Below, piece by piece: positions 8,673-17,706 of a stretch of 64,000 nt of DNA (position 1 is its first letter; each line of letters opens with the position of its first letter). Origin of the DNA: Acidimicrobiales bacterium (GTDB lineage Bacteria > Actinomycetota > Acidimicrobiia > Acidimicrobiales > RAAP-2); contig DATJTU010000118.1 of NCBI GenBank assembly GCA_035503015.1, positions 573 to 64,572 on the forward strand. Direction: 5' to 3'. The notes beneath the pieces are model-generated. The model did no database searches, was not told where the DNA came from, and was given only the letters and a program-made list of their open reading frames with translations. The position numbers and the translations under genes were made by a program.

Positions 8673-9671
8673 TCAGCCGATGAGCCCAAGCGCCTTCACC
8701 TCGTCCCGCTCGGCGAGGAGCTCGTCGGTGGTGATCCCGATGCGCTCGTTGGCGAACGCGTCGCGGCTGAAGTGCTCGAGCACCGACCAGCCGCCCTTGC
8801 CGTCGGAGGCGACCGGGAACCCGAACTGCAGCCCTTCGGGCGCGTCGTACTGGCCCTGGCTCGCGACGGCGACCGAGATGCAGTCGCCCTTCTCGGTCTT
8901 GGTGCGCAAGGAGACGACGGTGTCGATGGCAGCCGCGGCGGCGGAGGCCGCCGAGGATGCCCCGCGCGCGTCGATGATCGCCGCCCCCCGCTTCTGGACG
9001 GTCGTGATGAACTCGCCGCGCAGCCACTCCTCGTCCTTGATGACCTCGGGCGCCGGCGTCCCGCCGATCTTCGCGTTGGCGAAGTCGGGGAACTGGGTCG
9101 CGGAGTGGTTGCCCCAGATGGCCACGTTCGTCACGTCGCGCACGAGCGCCCCCGCCTTGCGGGCCAGCTGCGCCTTGGCCCGGTTCTCGTCGAGCCGCGT
9201 CATGGCGAACCAGCGCTCGGCGGGGACCTCGGGCGCGTTGGACCGCGCGATGAGGCAGTTGGTGTTGCAGGGGTTGCCCACGACGAGGATGCGCACGTCG
9301 TCGGACGCGTTCTCCGCGACGGCCCGGCCCTGGGGCTTGAAGATGCCGCCGTTCACACTGAGGAGGTCACCGCGCTCCATGCCCGCCTTGCGCGGGATCG
9401 AGCCGACGAGCAGCGCCCACGACGTCCCGTCGAACGCCGTCTTGAGGTCCGCGGTCGGCACGATGTCGTGCACGAGGGGGAACGCGCCGTCGTCGATCTC
9501 CATGCAGACGCCCTCGAGCATCTTCATGGCGGGCTCGATCTCGAGCAGGCGCAGCACGATCGGCTGGTCGTCGCCGAGGAGCTGTCCCGAAGCGATGCGG
9601 AAGAGGAGGGAGTACCCGATCTGCCCGGCGGCGCCGGTGACCGTGACATGGACAGGGGGCTTCGATGCCAT
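8673..9671 (-). CDS. mdh: Malate dehydrogenase
   Basis: 332 aa from the ATG at 9669-9671. Motifs seen: [19 protein letters not shown] (Rossmann), [25 protein letters not shown]. The N-terminal extension in the ORF track (to 10610) is Arg/Pro-rich and overlaps icd. Confidence 0.95.
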   Translation of the reverse strand: MASKPPVHVTVTGAAGQIGYSLLFRIASGQLLGDDQPIVLRLLEIEPAMKMLEGVCMEIDDGAFPLVHDIVPTADLKTAFDGTSWALLVGSIPRKAGMERGDLLSVNGGIFKPQGRAVAENASDDVRILVVGNPCNTNCLIARSNAPEVPAERWFAMTRLDENRAKAQLARKAGALVRDVTNVAIWGNHSATQFPDFANAKIGGTPAPEVIKDEEWLRGEFITTVQKRGAAIIDARGASSAASAAAAAIDTVVSLRTKTEKGDCISVAVASQGQYDAPEGLQFGFPVASDGKGGWSVLEHFSRDAFANERIGITTDELLAERDEVKALGLIG

Positions 9672-9718
9672 GAGCGATTCGTCCTTTCGTGGTATCGAGA
9701 CAGGGTGCGGCTCGTGGA

Positions 9719-9739
9719 GCGGGTCCGGGCCGGGCCCGC
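9719..9739 (-). terminator. Candidate stem-loop downstream of icd
   Basis: gcgggtcc-gggcc-gggcccgc forms an 8-bp stem (one G-U pair) with a 5-nt loop, 13 nt past the icd stop. No U-tract follows. Confidence 0.3.
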
Positions 9740-9751
9740 CGGCGTGGTGCG

Positions 9752-10948
9752 TCAGAGGCGGTCGACGATGGCCGACGCGAACTCCGAGGTCTTGACCTCG
9801 GTCGCCCCGTCCATGAGCCGGGCGAAGTCGTAGGTGACGACCTTGTCCGCGATCGTCGCCTCCAGCGCGTGCACGATGTCGGACGCGGCGTCGTTCCAGC
9901 CGAGGTGCTCGTACATGAGGACGCCCGACAGCAGCACCGACCCGGGGTTGACCTTGTCCTGGCCGGCGTACTTGGGGGCGGTGCCGTGGGTCGCCTCGAA
10001 CACGCCGTGGCCGGTGACGAAGTTGATGTTGGCGCCAGGTGCGATGCCGATCCCGCCGACCTGGGCCGCCAATGCGTCGGAGAGGTAGTCCCCGTTGAGG
10101 TTCGTGGTGGCAATGACGTCGAAGTCGGATGGGCGCGTGAGGACCTGCTGCAACGTGATGTCGGCGATGGTGTCCTTCACCAGCAGCCTCTCGCCGGGGT
10201 CGCCGTCGCAGTCGTCCCACCCGACGGCGACGTCGGCGAATTCCTCGCGCACGAGCTCGTAGCCCCACTCGCGGAACGCGCCCTCGGTGAACTTCTGGAT
10301 GTTGCCCTTGTGCACCAGCGTGACGGAGCGGCGCTTGCGGTCGAGGGCGTACTGGATGGCGGCGCGGATGAGCCGCTTGGACCCCATGGGCGAGATCGGC
10401 TTGATCCCGATGCCCGAGGCCTCCCGGATCGGCCACCCCATCTCCTCGCGCAGGTACGTGGCCAGCTTCTCGGCCTCGGGCGTGCCCGACTGCACCTCGT
10501 AGCCGGCGTAGACGTCCTCGGTGTTCTCCCGGAAGATCACCATGTCGACGAGCTCGGGGTGGACCACGGGCGAGGGCACGCCGGTGAACCAGCGGACCGG
10601 GCGCAGGCACACGTAGAGGTCGAGGATCTGGCGCAACGCGACGTTGAGCGAGCGGATGCCGCCACCGACCGGCGTGGTGAGCGGCCCCTTGATCCCGATC
10701 AGGTGGCTGCGGAACGTCTCGACCGTCTCGTCGGGGAGCCAGCTCCCCGTCTCGTCAAAGGCCTTCTGCCCCGCCAGCACCTCCTTCCACGCCACGCGGT
10801 GGCCGTGCTTGGCCGCGGCGGCGTCGAGAACCAGCTTGGCGGCGGGCCAGATGTCGACCCCGGTGCCGTCACCCTCGATGAACGGGATGATCGGCTCGTC
10901 GGGGACGACGAGCGTGCCGTCGTCGCCCATGCGGATGAGCTCTGCCAT
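9752..10948 (-). CDS. icd: NADP-dependent isocitrate dehydrogenase (homodimeric type)
   Basis: 398 aa from the ATG at 10946-10948. Motifs seen: [57 protein letters not shown]. Confidence 0.95.
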   Translation of the reverse strand: MAELIRMGDDGTLVVPDEPIIPFIEGDGTGVDIWPAAKLVLDAAAAKHGHRVAWKEVLAGQKAFDETGSWLPDETVETFRSHLIGIKGPLTTPVGGGIRSLNVALRQILDLYVCLRPVRWFTGVPSPVVHPELVDMVIFRENTEDVYAGYEVQSGTPEAEKLATYLREEMGWPIREASGIGIKPISPMGSKRLIRAAIQYALDRKRRSVTLVHKGNIQKFTEGAFREWGYELVREEFADVAVGWDDCDGDPGERLLVKDTIADITLQQVLTRPSDFDVIATTNLNGDYLSDALAAQVGGIGIAPGANINFVTGHGVFEATHGTAPKYAGQDKVNPGSVLLSGVLMYEHLGWNDAASDIVHALEATIADKVVTYDFARLMDGATEVKTSEFASAIVDRL

Positions 10949-11058
10949 GGACGGAATGCTACGGGCCGCTACGGGTGGGGTCCCAATCGGGGGGTCCTCC
11001 TCGCTGCGCCGCCGGGCCGCCCGCCGGGGCCGGACCGGTGCCGCCCGCCCGGCCACCC

Positions 11059-12255
11059 TCAGTCGATCTCCCAGGACGCGTCGACGTGGACCGGCGAGAG
11101 CACCATGACCCCACCGGGCGCCTCGGTGGGCAAGGGCCCGAAGACCTCGAAGTTGGTGATGGGCTGCCAGGGGAGGTAGCGGCGCTTCTTGCCCTCGCTG
11201 TTGCGGCCCCGCATGTTGATCCAGAGCGAGTAGCGGCCCCGGAACAGCGGGAGGTGCCGCATGGTGCAGTGGATCCGCACCTCGTTCGCGCCGTAGTGCA
11301 CGACCTGGCGCAGCACGAACACGGGCATCGCGGTGCCCTCGGAGACGCCGAGGTAGAGCGGGCCCCAGCCGGCCTCGGGCATGCGCAGGACGAGGGTGAC
11401 GTGCACGTCGCCGCCCGAGACGACCTGCCCGCCGTCGGGCCCCTCGACGATGGCCTTCACCACGGTCGCGCCGTCGCCGTCGCGCACGACCGAGAGCGCC
11501 GCGTCGCCCTCGACGGCGGAGCGGTAGAGGGCGAGCACGTCGCGGGTCGGTCCGTCCGCCCGCACGACCGAGTTGGCCAGCCACAGGGCGCGGTCACACG
11601 TCGCGTGCACGGCCGCCAGGTCGTGCGACACGAACAGGAGCGTGGTGCCGCTCTGCACGACCTCGTTGATGCGGTTGAGGCACTTCTGCTGGAAGCCGGC
11701 GTCGCCGACCGCGAGCACCTCGTCGACCAACAGGATGGACGGCTCCAAGAAGGCGGCGATGGAGAACCCGAGGCGGACCTGCATGCCGCTCGAGTAGAAC
11801 TTCACGGGGCGGTCGATCGCGTCGCCGATCTCCGCGAAGTCGACGATGGCGTCGAAGCGCGCCGCGATCTCCTTCCTCGTCAGCCCGAGGATGGCGCCGT
11901 AGAGGTAGACGTTCTGGCGCCCGCTGAGGTCGGGGTGGATGCCGCTGCGGACCTCGAGCAGGGCGCCGATCCGCCCGCGCGACTCGACGGACCCCGCGTT
12001 CTGGTGCGTGACCTGGCTGATGATCTTGAGCAGGGTCGACTTGCCCGAGCCGTTGAGGCCGATCAACGCCACCGTCTGCCCCGGCTCGACGTGCAGGTTG
12101 ACGTCGCGCAGCACCCACCGCCACTTCGGCCCCGACTCGCGGATGCGCCTGGTCAACCCGACGACCTGATCGTGCAGATTCGGATGGGCGCGGTCCGCCC
12201 GGAAGCGCTTCCAGACGTTGTCGACGCGGATGCCGCCCTCAGGCAATGTCGGCAA
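11059..12255 (-). CDS. wzt: Polysaccharide/O-antigen ABC exporter ATP-binding protein with a C-terminal extension (Wzt-like)
   Basis: Walker [10 protein letters not shown], signature YSSGMQVRL and Walker [13 protein letters not shown]. An extra C-terminal domain of about 150 aa ([11 protein letters not shown]...WINMRG...[10 protein letters not shown]) is rich in beta-strand-like sequence, as in Wzt carbohydrate-binding domains. Confidence 0.9.
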   Translation of the reverse strand: MPTLPEGGIRVDNVWKRFRADRAHPNLHDQVVGLTRRIRESGPKWRWVLRDVNLHVEPGQTVALIGLNGSGKSTLLKIISQVTHQNAGSVESRGRIGALLEVRSGIHPDLSGRQNVYLYGAILGLTRKEIAARFDAIVDFAEIGDAIDRPVKFYSSGMQVRLGFSIAAFLEPSILLVDEVLAVGDAGFQQKCLNRINEVVQSGTTLLFVSHDLAAVHATCDRALWLANSVVRADGPTRDVLALYRSAVEGDAALSVVRDGDGATVVKAIVEGPDGGQVVSGGDVHVTLVLRMPEAGWGPLYLGVSEGTAMPVFVLRQVVHYGANEVRIHCTMRHLPLFRGRYSLWINMRGRNSEGKKRRYLPWQPITNFEVFGPLPTEAPGGVMVLSPVHVDASWEID

Positions 12256-13147
12256 GGTCCGCCTCCAATCGCCTGAAGGTCCAGAAGCCGATGCTCAGGT
12301 ACACGAGGGCCCCGGCCAGCGCGATGGCGAGCAGGCCCCACGCCGGCGACTGCCCGTACAAGAAGGTGCGCCGGATGTTGTCGATGACGGGCCCGATCGG
12401 GTTGAAGAAGCTGTACACGGCCTGGAAGCGCACCGGCAGCTTCGAGAAGGGCCAGATGACCGGCGTGGCGAAGAGCCCGAGGGAGATGATCACCCCGGTC
12501 ACCTGCGCCAGGTCGCGCACGTGCACGATCAGCGCCGAAGCGGCGAGCGCGACCCCGGCCGTGAAGATGACCTCGATCACCAAGAAGAGCGGGATCCAGG
12601 CTGCCTGGACGTGCGGCACGAAGTGGAACCACAGACAGAGCACGACGAGCACCGCCGTGGCCAACGCGCTGCTGACCCCGGACTCGAGCAGCTGGGCGAG
12701 CGGGAAGCACTCGCGCGGGAAGTGGATCTTGGAGAGCAGGCCCTTGTTCGACAGCAACGAGTTCGCGCCGGACGAGAAGGCAGAGGAGAAGTAGCCCCAG
12801 GCGAGGATGCCGCAGTAGGCGAACAGCGCGTAGGGCACGTCACCCGTGTTGAACGACTTGATCCGCTTGAAGACGAAGACCATGACCACGAGCGTGACGA
12901 GCGGCGTGATGACCGCCCACAAGATGCCCAGTGTCGCTTCCTTGTAGGTGGCCCGGATGTCTCGTTCGGCCAGGGTGTAGATGATCTCGCGCCGGTTCCA
13001 GAGGTCGCGGACCGACTTGCCGATCTTGTAGCGGTGATGATGGAGGAGCGAAGGATCGGGCTCGTCGGGGATCTCGGTCGGATCGAAGACGCGCAGCGTC
13101 ATCGGGTACCCGCCGACCCCCTCGGCTGTGTCAGCCATCTCCCTCAT
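12239..13147 (-). CDS. wzm: ABC-2 type polysaccharide exporter permease (Wzm-like)
   Basis: 302 aa, about 6 TM helices, and the N-terminal block RDLWNRREIIYTLAERDIRATYKEATLGILWAVITPL typical of ABC-2 permeases. It overlaps the wzt start by 17 nt. Confidence 0.85.
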   Translation of the reverse strand: MREMADTAEGVGGYPMTLRVFDPTEIPDEPDPSLLHHHRYKIGKSVRDLWNRREIIYTLAERDIRATYKEATLGILWAVITPLVTLVVMVFVFKRIKSFNTGDVPYALFAYCGILAWGYFSSAFSSGANSLLSNKGLLSKIHFPRECFPLAQLLESGVSSALATAVLVVLCLWFHFVPHVQAAWIPLFLVIEVIFTAGVALAASALIVHVRDLAQVTGVIISLGLFATPVIWPFSKLPVRFQAVYSFFNPIGPVIDNIRRTFLYGQSPAWGLLAIALAGALVYLSIGFWTFRRLEADLADIA

Positions 13148-13397
13148 CTCTCTGCGTGCACCACGCCGTGACTGCCACCCAAGCGGCGACCCGTATTCGA
13201 TCGGCGTCCGAAGGGACCCGCCCGGCGCCCTCCGACGAAGCCAAAACTACTCCGGCTCCGAACGAATCGCAGCGGCCGCGGCGCCGCGTCGATCAGGGGA
13301 CACGTTTATTTCATGTCCGCGTCAGCCAACGTTCACTTCTGTTACTACGGGCTCAGCCGGCATGGCGTAGGGTCGGCCGCGGCGCAACGGAGGCCTC
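13148..13397. promoter_or_regulatory. Divergent intergenic region between wzm and the first GT4 gene
   Basis: 250-nt non-coding gap between divergently oriented operons. It contains a locally AT-richer patch (acacgtttatttcatgtcc, about 13291-13310). No specific -35/-10 was assigned. Confidence 0.3.
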
Positions 13398-14582
13398 ATG
13401 GAGCAACTCGACATCGACGGCCCGGGCGTCGCAGCACCGCCCCGTCGCCGCGTGCTGCTCCTCATCAAGTGCATGGGCTACGGGGGCGCGGAACGACTGC
13501 TGCTCTACATGGTGCGCCAGCGCGACCGGGCGCGCTTCGACTACGAGGTCGCCTACATCCTCGACGAGCGCGACACGCTCGTCCCCGACCTCGAGAAGGC
13601 CGACGTGCTCGTCCACTCGCTCGGCGCGCGCGGCGACTTCGACCTGCGCTGGACCGCGCGCTTGCGCACCTTGCTCGAGCGGGGCGACTTCGACATCGTG
13701 CACGCGCACCTGCCCTACGCCGCCACGCTCGGACGGCTCGTCGCCCGCACGCTCCCGCCGGGGCGGCGGCCGGCGTTCGTCTATACCGAGCATTGCCACT
13801 GGGACAAGATGGCGGTGGCGGTCAAGGCGCTCAACCGGGCCACCGTCGGGCTCGACGACCGGGTGCTGGTCGTGTCCGAGGCGGCGCACCGCTCGATGCC
13901 GGCGGTGGTGCGCAACCGCTCCCAGGTGGTCGTCCACGGGATCGAGCTCGACGCCATCCGCGACGCCGTCGCGCGGCAGCGGGAGGTGCGCCCGGCGGTG
14001 CGCCGCGAGCTCGGCCTGCGCGACGGCGAGCTGCTGGCGTTGACCGTGGCCGGCCTGCGCTGGCAGAAGGGTTACGACGTCCTCCTGCAGGCAGCGAGTG
14101 ACGCCGTGGGCCGGGAGACGCCCGTGCGCTTCGTCGCGGTGGGAGGCGGTCCGCAGAAGAGCGAGTTGGCGCAGCTGCACGCGAGCCTTCGGCTCGGCGA
14201 CAGGTTCCTGTTTCTCGGTGAACGAGCCGACGTGCCAGAACTCCTCGCCGCCGCCGACCTCTTCGTGCTTCCGTCGCGCTTCGAAGGTCTGCCGCTGGCG
14301 TTGATGGAAGCGCTGAGCGCCGGGCTCCCGGTAGTGGCGACCGCCGTAGGCGAGATCCCGGCGTTGCTCCACCACGGGGTGGACGCGCTGCTCGTGCCGC
14401 CGGAGTCGCCGCAGGCGCTCGCGGCCGCCGTCGAGACGCTGGCGGCGGATCCTGTGCGACGCGAGCGACTGGGTACCGCCGGATCGGAGCTCGCGACGCG
14501 CTTCGACGTGGCGCGCTGCACGCGCGAGGTCGAGGCCGTCTACGACGAGCTCTGCCCGCAGCATCGCCTCCAGCCGACATGA
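13398..14582 (+). CDS. Glycosyltransferase family 4 (GT-B)
   Basis: Ex7E-type block LPSRFEGLPLALMEALSAGLPVVATAVGE, with an N-terminal GYGGAERL sugar-acceptor domain. Confidence 0.85.
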   Translation: MEQLDIDGPGVAAPPRRRVLLLIKCMGYGGAERLLLYMVRQRDRARFDYEVAYILDERDTLVPDLEKADVLVHSLGARGDFDLRWTARLRTLLERGDFDIVHAHLPYAATLGRLVARTLPPGRRPAFVYTEHCHWDKMAVAVKALNRATVGLDDRVLVVSEAAHRSMPAVVRNRSQVVVHGIELDAIRDAVARQREVRPAVRRELGLRDGELLALTVAGLRWQKGYDVLLQAASDAVGRETPVRFVAVGGGPQKSELAQLHASLRLGDRFLFLGERADVPELLAAADLFVLPSRFEGLPLALMEALSAGLPVVATAVGEIPALLHHGVDALLVPPESPQALAAAVETLAADPVRRERLGTAGSELATRFDVARCTREVEAVYDELCPQHRLQPT

Positions 14583-15979
14583 CTGACGACGTCCTCGCGG
14601 GCCGGCGCATCGTCCACCTCACGACGACGGACATCAGCCTCGGCCTCCTCCTCGGCCGCCAGCTGCAGGCGTTCGGCGCCGCCGGGATGGAGGTGATCGG
14701 CGCCTCCGCTCCGGGCCCGTGGTCGGGCGACCTCGCCGCCTGGGGCGTGCGGCACGAACCGGTCCGCCACGCCACGCGGTCGATGTCGGTGCGCGACGAC
14801 GCGCTGGCGCTGCCCGAGCTGGTGCGGCTCTTCCGCCGCCTCCGGCCCGACATCGTCCACACGCACAACCCCAAGCCGGGCGTCTACGGGCGGGCGGCGG
14901 CTCGCCTCGCCGGCGTGCCGGTCGTGGTCAACACCGTGCACGGGCTCTACGCGACCCGCGACGACCCCTTCGCCCGCCGGGCGCTCGTCTACGGGGTCGA
15001 GCGCACCATGAGCCTCTGCTCGCAGGCGGAGCTGGTCCAGAATCCCGAGGACGTGGCCACCCTGGAGAGGATCGGGGTGCCACGCCGCAAGCTCGTGCTC
15101 CTCGGCAACGGCATCGACCTCGGGCGGTTCCGGGCGCGGCCGGCGGACGCGGCCAAGGCCCGTGTCGCGATGGGCCTCCCCGAGACGGGCACCGTCGTGG
15201 GCGTCGTCGGGCGGTTGGTCTGGGAGAAAGGGTTCGCCGAACTGTTCGATGCTGCGGCGCGGCTGCGGCGCACCAGGCCCGACCTCTGGATCGCGGTCAT
15301 CGGCCCGGTCGATCACGCCAAGGAGTCGGCGCTCCGCCAGAAAGACCTCGACGACGCCCAGGCTCGGGGCAACATCGTGTTCCTCGGCGAGCGCCGCGAC
15401 GTCGAAGACCTCTACCCGGGGTTCGACCTGTTCGTCCTGCCCTCGCACCGCGAAGGCTTCCCGCGCGCGGCCATGGAAGCTGCCGCGTGCGGGATCCCCG
15501 TCGTGGCGACCGACATCCGTGGCTGCCGCCAGGTCGTGGACCACGGGCACACGGGCCTCCTGGTCCCCGCGCGCGACGGCGCTGCACTCGCGGGTGCGAT
15601 TGAAGAGCTCGCTGCAGACCCGGGCCGCCGGCGGGACATGAGCGCTGCGGCGCGTGCGCGCGCCGAAACCGAGTTCGACGACCAGCGTGTCGTGCGGACC
15701 ACGCTCGACACGTACCGGCGCCTCCTGTCCCGGGCGGATGGCAGCACCTCGAGGCGCGGCCCTCGAGCCCGTCGCGCCGAGCGCGTTCTGGCCGGGGCCG
15801 CTCAGAGTGCCGGGACGGGGACCCGCACGACCGACCCGGGGTACGCGGAGGCGCCGGTGCCCGGCACTCGCACCGCCGACGCCACGGGGCCGACGAGGAG
15901 CTCTTCCACCGAGAGCGGACGCGACGGGCGTGTGGTCGACGCCGAAGCCGACGACCGTCTGCGGCGCGCGAACAGGTAG
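14579..15979 (+). CDS. Glycosyltransferase family 4 with a low-complexity C-terminal tail
   Basis: The ATG at 14579 overlaps the upstream TGA (ATGA). Block LPSHREGFPRAAMEAAACGIPVVATDIRG. The GT fold ends near aa 385, and the last ~80 aa are R/A/G/T-rich and overlap the convergent gene. Confidence 0.8.
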   Translation: MTDDVLAGRRIVHLTTTDISLGLLLGRQLQAFGAAGMEVIGASAPGPWSGDLAAWGVRHEPVRHATRSMSVRDDALALPELVRLFRRLRPDIVHTHNPKPGVYGRAAARLAGVPVVVNTVHGLYATRDDPFARRALVYGVERTMSLCSQAELVQNPEDVATLERIGVPRRKLVLLGNGIDLGRFRARPADAAKARVAMGLPETGTVVGVVGRLVWEKGFAELFDAAARLRRTRPDLWIAVIGPVDHAKESALRQKDLDDAQARGNIVFLGERRDVEDLYPGFDLFVLPSHREGFPRAAMEAAACGIPVVATDIRGCRQVVDHGHTGLLVPARDGAALAGAIEELAADPGRRRDMSAAARARAETEFDDQRVVRTTLDTYRRLLSRADGSTSRRGPRARRAERVLAGAAQSAGTGTRTTDPGYAEAPVPGTRTADATGPTRSSSTESGRDGRVVDAEADDRLRRANR

Positions 15980-17481
15980 CTGAGGCCCAGCACGACCGCA
16001 CCCAGCCCGCCCAACAGTGCGAGCACGGGTGTCAGCTCCATCAGGCCCGACGTGTGCCCCGGAGCCGTCGCAGCCAAGGGCGCAGCATCGCTCGCCAACG
16101 CGGCGCGGCCGCCGGCACCGGTTGCGCCAACGGATGCGCCGGCCGCCCGACCTGCGGTACTCGGGTGACCGCCACTCGGCCCTGGCGTCTGGGCCGCGGT
16201 CCGGTTGGCCGTCGAGGCGGGCATGCCCGCATCCGCTCCGCCATTCGACGCGCCCGGTGCGGCCTGCGGCGCGTCAGGGGACACCGGGACTGGGCCGACC
16301 GGCGTACCCCACGGCGCCCAGACGCCACCACTGATGCTCACCGAGCTCGTCGCATCGGCTGAGCCTGCCTGGCCGTATCCGTTCACCGTGTCCCCGCCGA
16401 AGGTCAGCGCACTCTCCTCGGTGGCGCGGTAGATCGACTCGTGGACCGTCCCACCCGGGACGCTCAGGGTCGAGCCGTTGATCGACACCCTGGCGTCGGT
16501 GGCCATGACGCACGCGACATAGACGCTCGCGCCACAGCGGAGTGCGTCGTTGACGAAGGTGATGGGGCCACGCGGGTGGGGAACAAGTTGCGGAGCCTGG
16601 ACGAGGACGGCATCGCCGGCGTCGGGAGCGAGCATCGTGCAGTTCTCCACCGTGATGTCGCCGGTGTACGCCGCCCCGTCACTCAGACCCGCGTTGGCGA
16701 AGAACAACCCACCGTCGCCGCCACTGTCGGTGCAGCCGTTGATCGTGACGTGCAGCGCGCCCTCGCCCCACTGGTCGGCTTCGACATCGAAGACGTTCAA
16801 CCCGACACGGCCGAGGCGGACCGAGTCGATGGTGGCGCCGTCCACGCTGGCCAGCGTGATCCCCTGCCTGCCCGCGCCGTCGATGGAAAGGTTCGAGAGG
16901 CTCACGTTCTCGGACGGGTTGACGATGACGTTCGAGGTGTCGCCCGAACCGCGCAGCGGCGCGAGCTCGACCCCGTCGCCGTAGACGTCGTCGACTGTGA
17001 CGTTGCCCACCGTCAATCCGACCACGCCGTCCGACCTGATGCCGGCGGCGAAGGCGCCTGCTGGCACGTAGCCCCCCGGGTTGGCCCCGGCGATCGTCAG
17101 GTTCTCGAGGGTGATGCCGGACCCCCCGACCAACCAGAAGACTGCGCTCATCTGCGTCGGGCTCGCCCCGGGCGCGGGACTCGTGGCGTCCTTCCACGTC
17201 CCGCCGGAGATGGTCAGTCCTTGTGCGCCCGTGAGGGTCAGGCCCTCGTCAACCAGATAACAGGCTCCCGCCGGGACACTGACCGTCGTTCCCGCCGCCA
17301 GCGATCGCAGCCAGTGCTGCATCGGGTGCGAGACGTCGACCGAGCAGTCGGACGCGATGGTGGGCGGCGGCGACACGGCGCTCTCCTGCGCGCCTGCAAC
17401 GGGCATCTGTTGCGCGGCGACTGCGAGAACCGCGGAACAACCGAGCACGCACGCAAGCACCGCCCCGCAGATCCGCCGCAT
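15802..17481 (-). CDS. Secreted right-handed parallel beta-helix repeat protein with a C-terminal TM anchor
   Basis: Signal peptide MRRICGAVLACVLGCSAVLAVAA. Repeated beta-helix rungs (ITLENLTIAG, VGNVTVDDVYGDGVEL, LSNLSIDGAGRQGITL, IDSVRLGRVGLNVFDVEAD). A Pro/Ala/Gly linker is followed by the TM LALLGGLGAVVLGLSYLF plus RRRR. A paralogue lies at 46466..47824. Confidence 0.7.
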   Translation of the reverse strand: MRRICGAVLACVLGCSAVLAVAAQQMPVAGAQESAVSPPPTIASDCSVDVSHPMQHWLRSLAAGTTVSVPAGACYLVDEGLTLTGAQGLTISGGTWKDATSPAPGASPTQMSAVFWLVGGSGITLENLTIAGANPGGYVPAGAFAAGIRSDGVVGLTVGNVTVDDVYGDGVELAPLRGSGDTSNVIVNPSENVSLSNLSIDGAGRQGITLASVDGATIDSVRLGRVGLNVFDVEADQWGEGALHVTINGCTDSGGDGGLFFANAGLSDGAAYTGDITVENCTMLAPDAGDAVLVQAPQLVPHPRGPITFVNDALRCGASVYVACVMATDARVSINGSTLSVPGGTVHESIYRATEESALTFGGDTVNGYGQAGSADATSSVSISGGVWAPWGTPVGPVPVSPDAPQAAPGASNGGADAGMPASTANRTAAQTPGPSGGHPSTAGRAAGASVGATGAGGRAALASDAAPLAATAPGHTSGLMELTPVLALLGGLGAVVLGLSYLFARRRRSSASASTTRPSRPLSVEELLVGPVASAVRVPGTGASAYPGSVVRVPVPAL

Positions 17482-17706
17482 GTCCCGACATCGGCACGCA
17501 CGATCCCTGCTTGAGCAAGGGCCGGCGCGATCACGGCGTCACCTCAACGGGAGAACAAGAACTCGTCTACTGACGCGCAACGTGACAACACAGGCCCAAA
17601 CGCACCGTGGATGCGACGCAACCGCACCCGCCGCGGACGCGGCGATTGCACGACGCCGCGACCGCGTCGCGCGCGTGGTTCTAGGGCCGTTTCGGAGCCC
17701 GACTGG

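Noticed and set aside
9672-10610. N-terminal extension of the mdh ORF (the ORF track gives 8673..10610).
   Set aside because: The extension is Arg/Pro/Gly-rich and overlaps icd in another frame. A clean ATG at 9669-9671 gives a canonical MDH N-terminus ([20 protein letters not shown]). The same logic was applied to icd (to 11584), asnB (from 20980), pstB (to 43048), pstA (to 43839), the Ig-repeat gene (to 46925), the aminotransferase (from 49353) and the ST-GT2 fusion (from 54709).
17657-17671. Short palindrome cgcgac-cgc-gtcgcg downstream of the Wzy-like gene, as a possible terminator.
   Set aside because: It has only a 6-bp stem with a 3-nt loop and no extension. Such GC palindromes are expected by chance at this composition.
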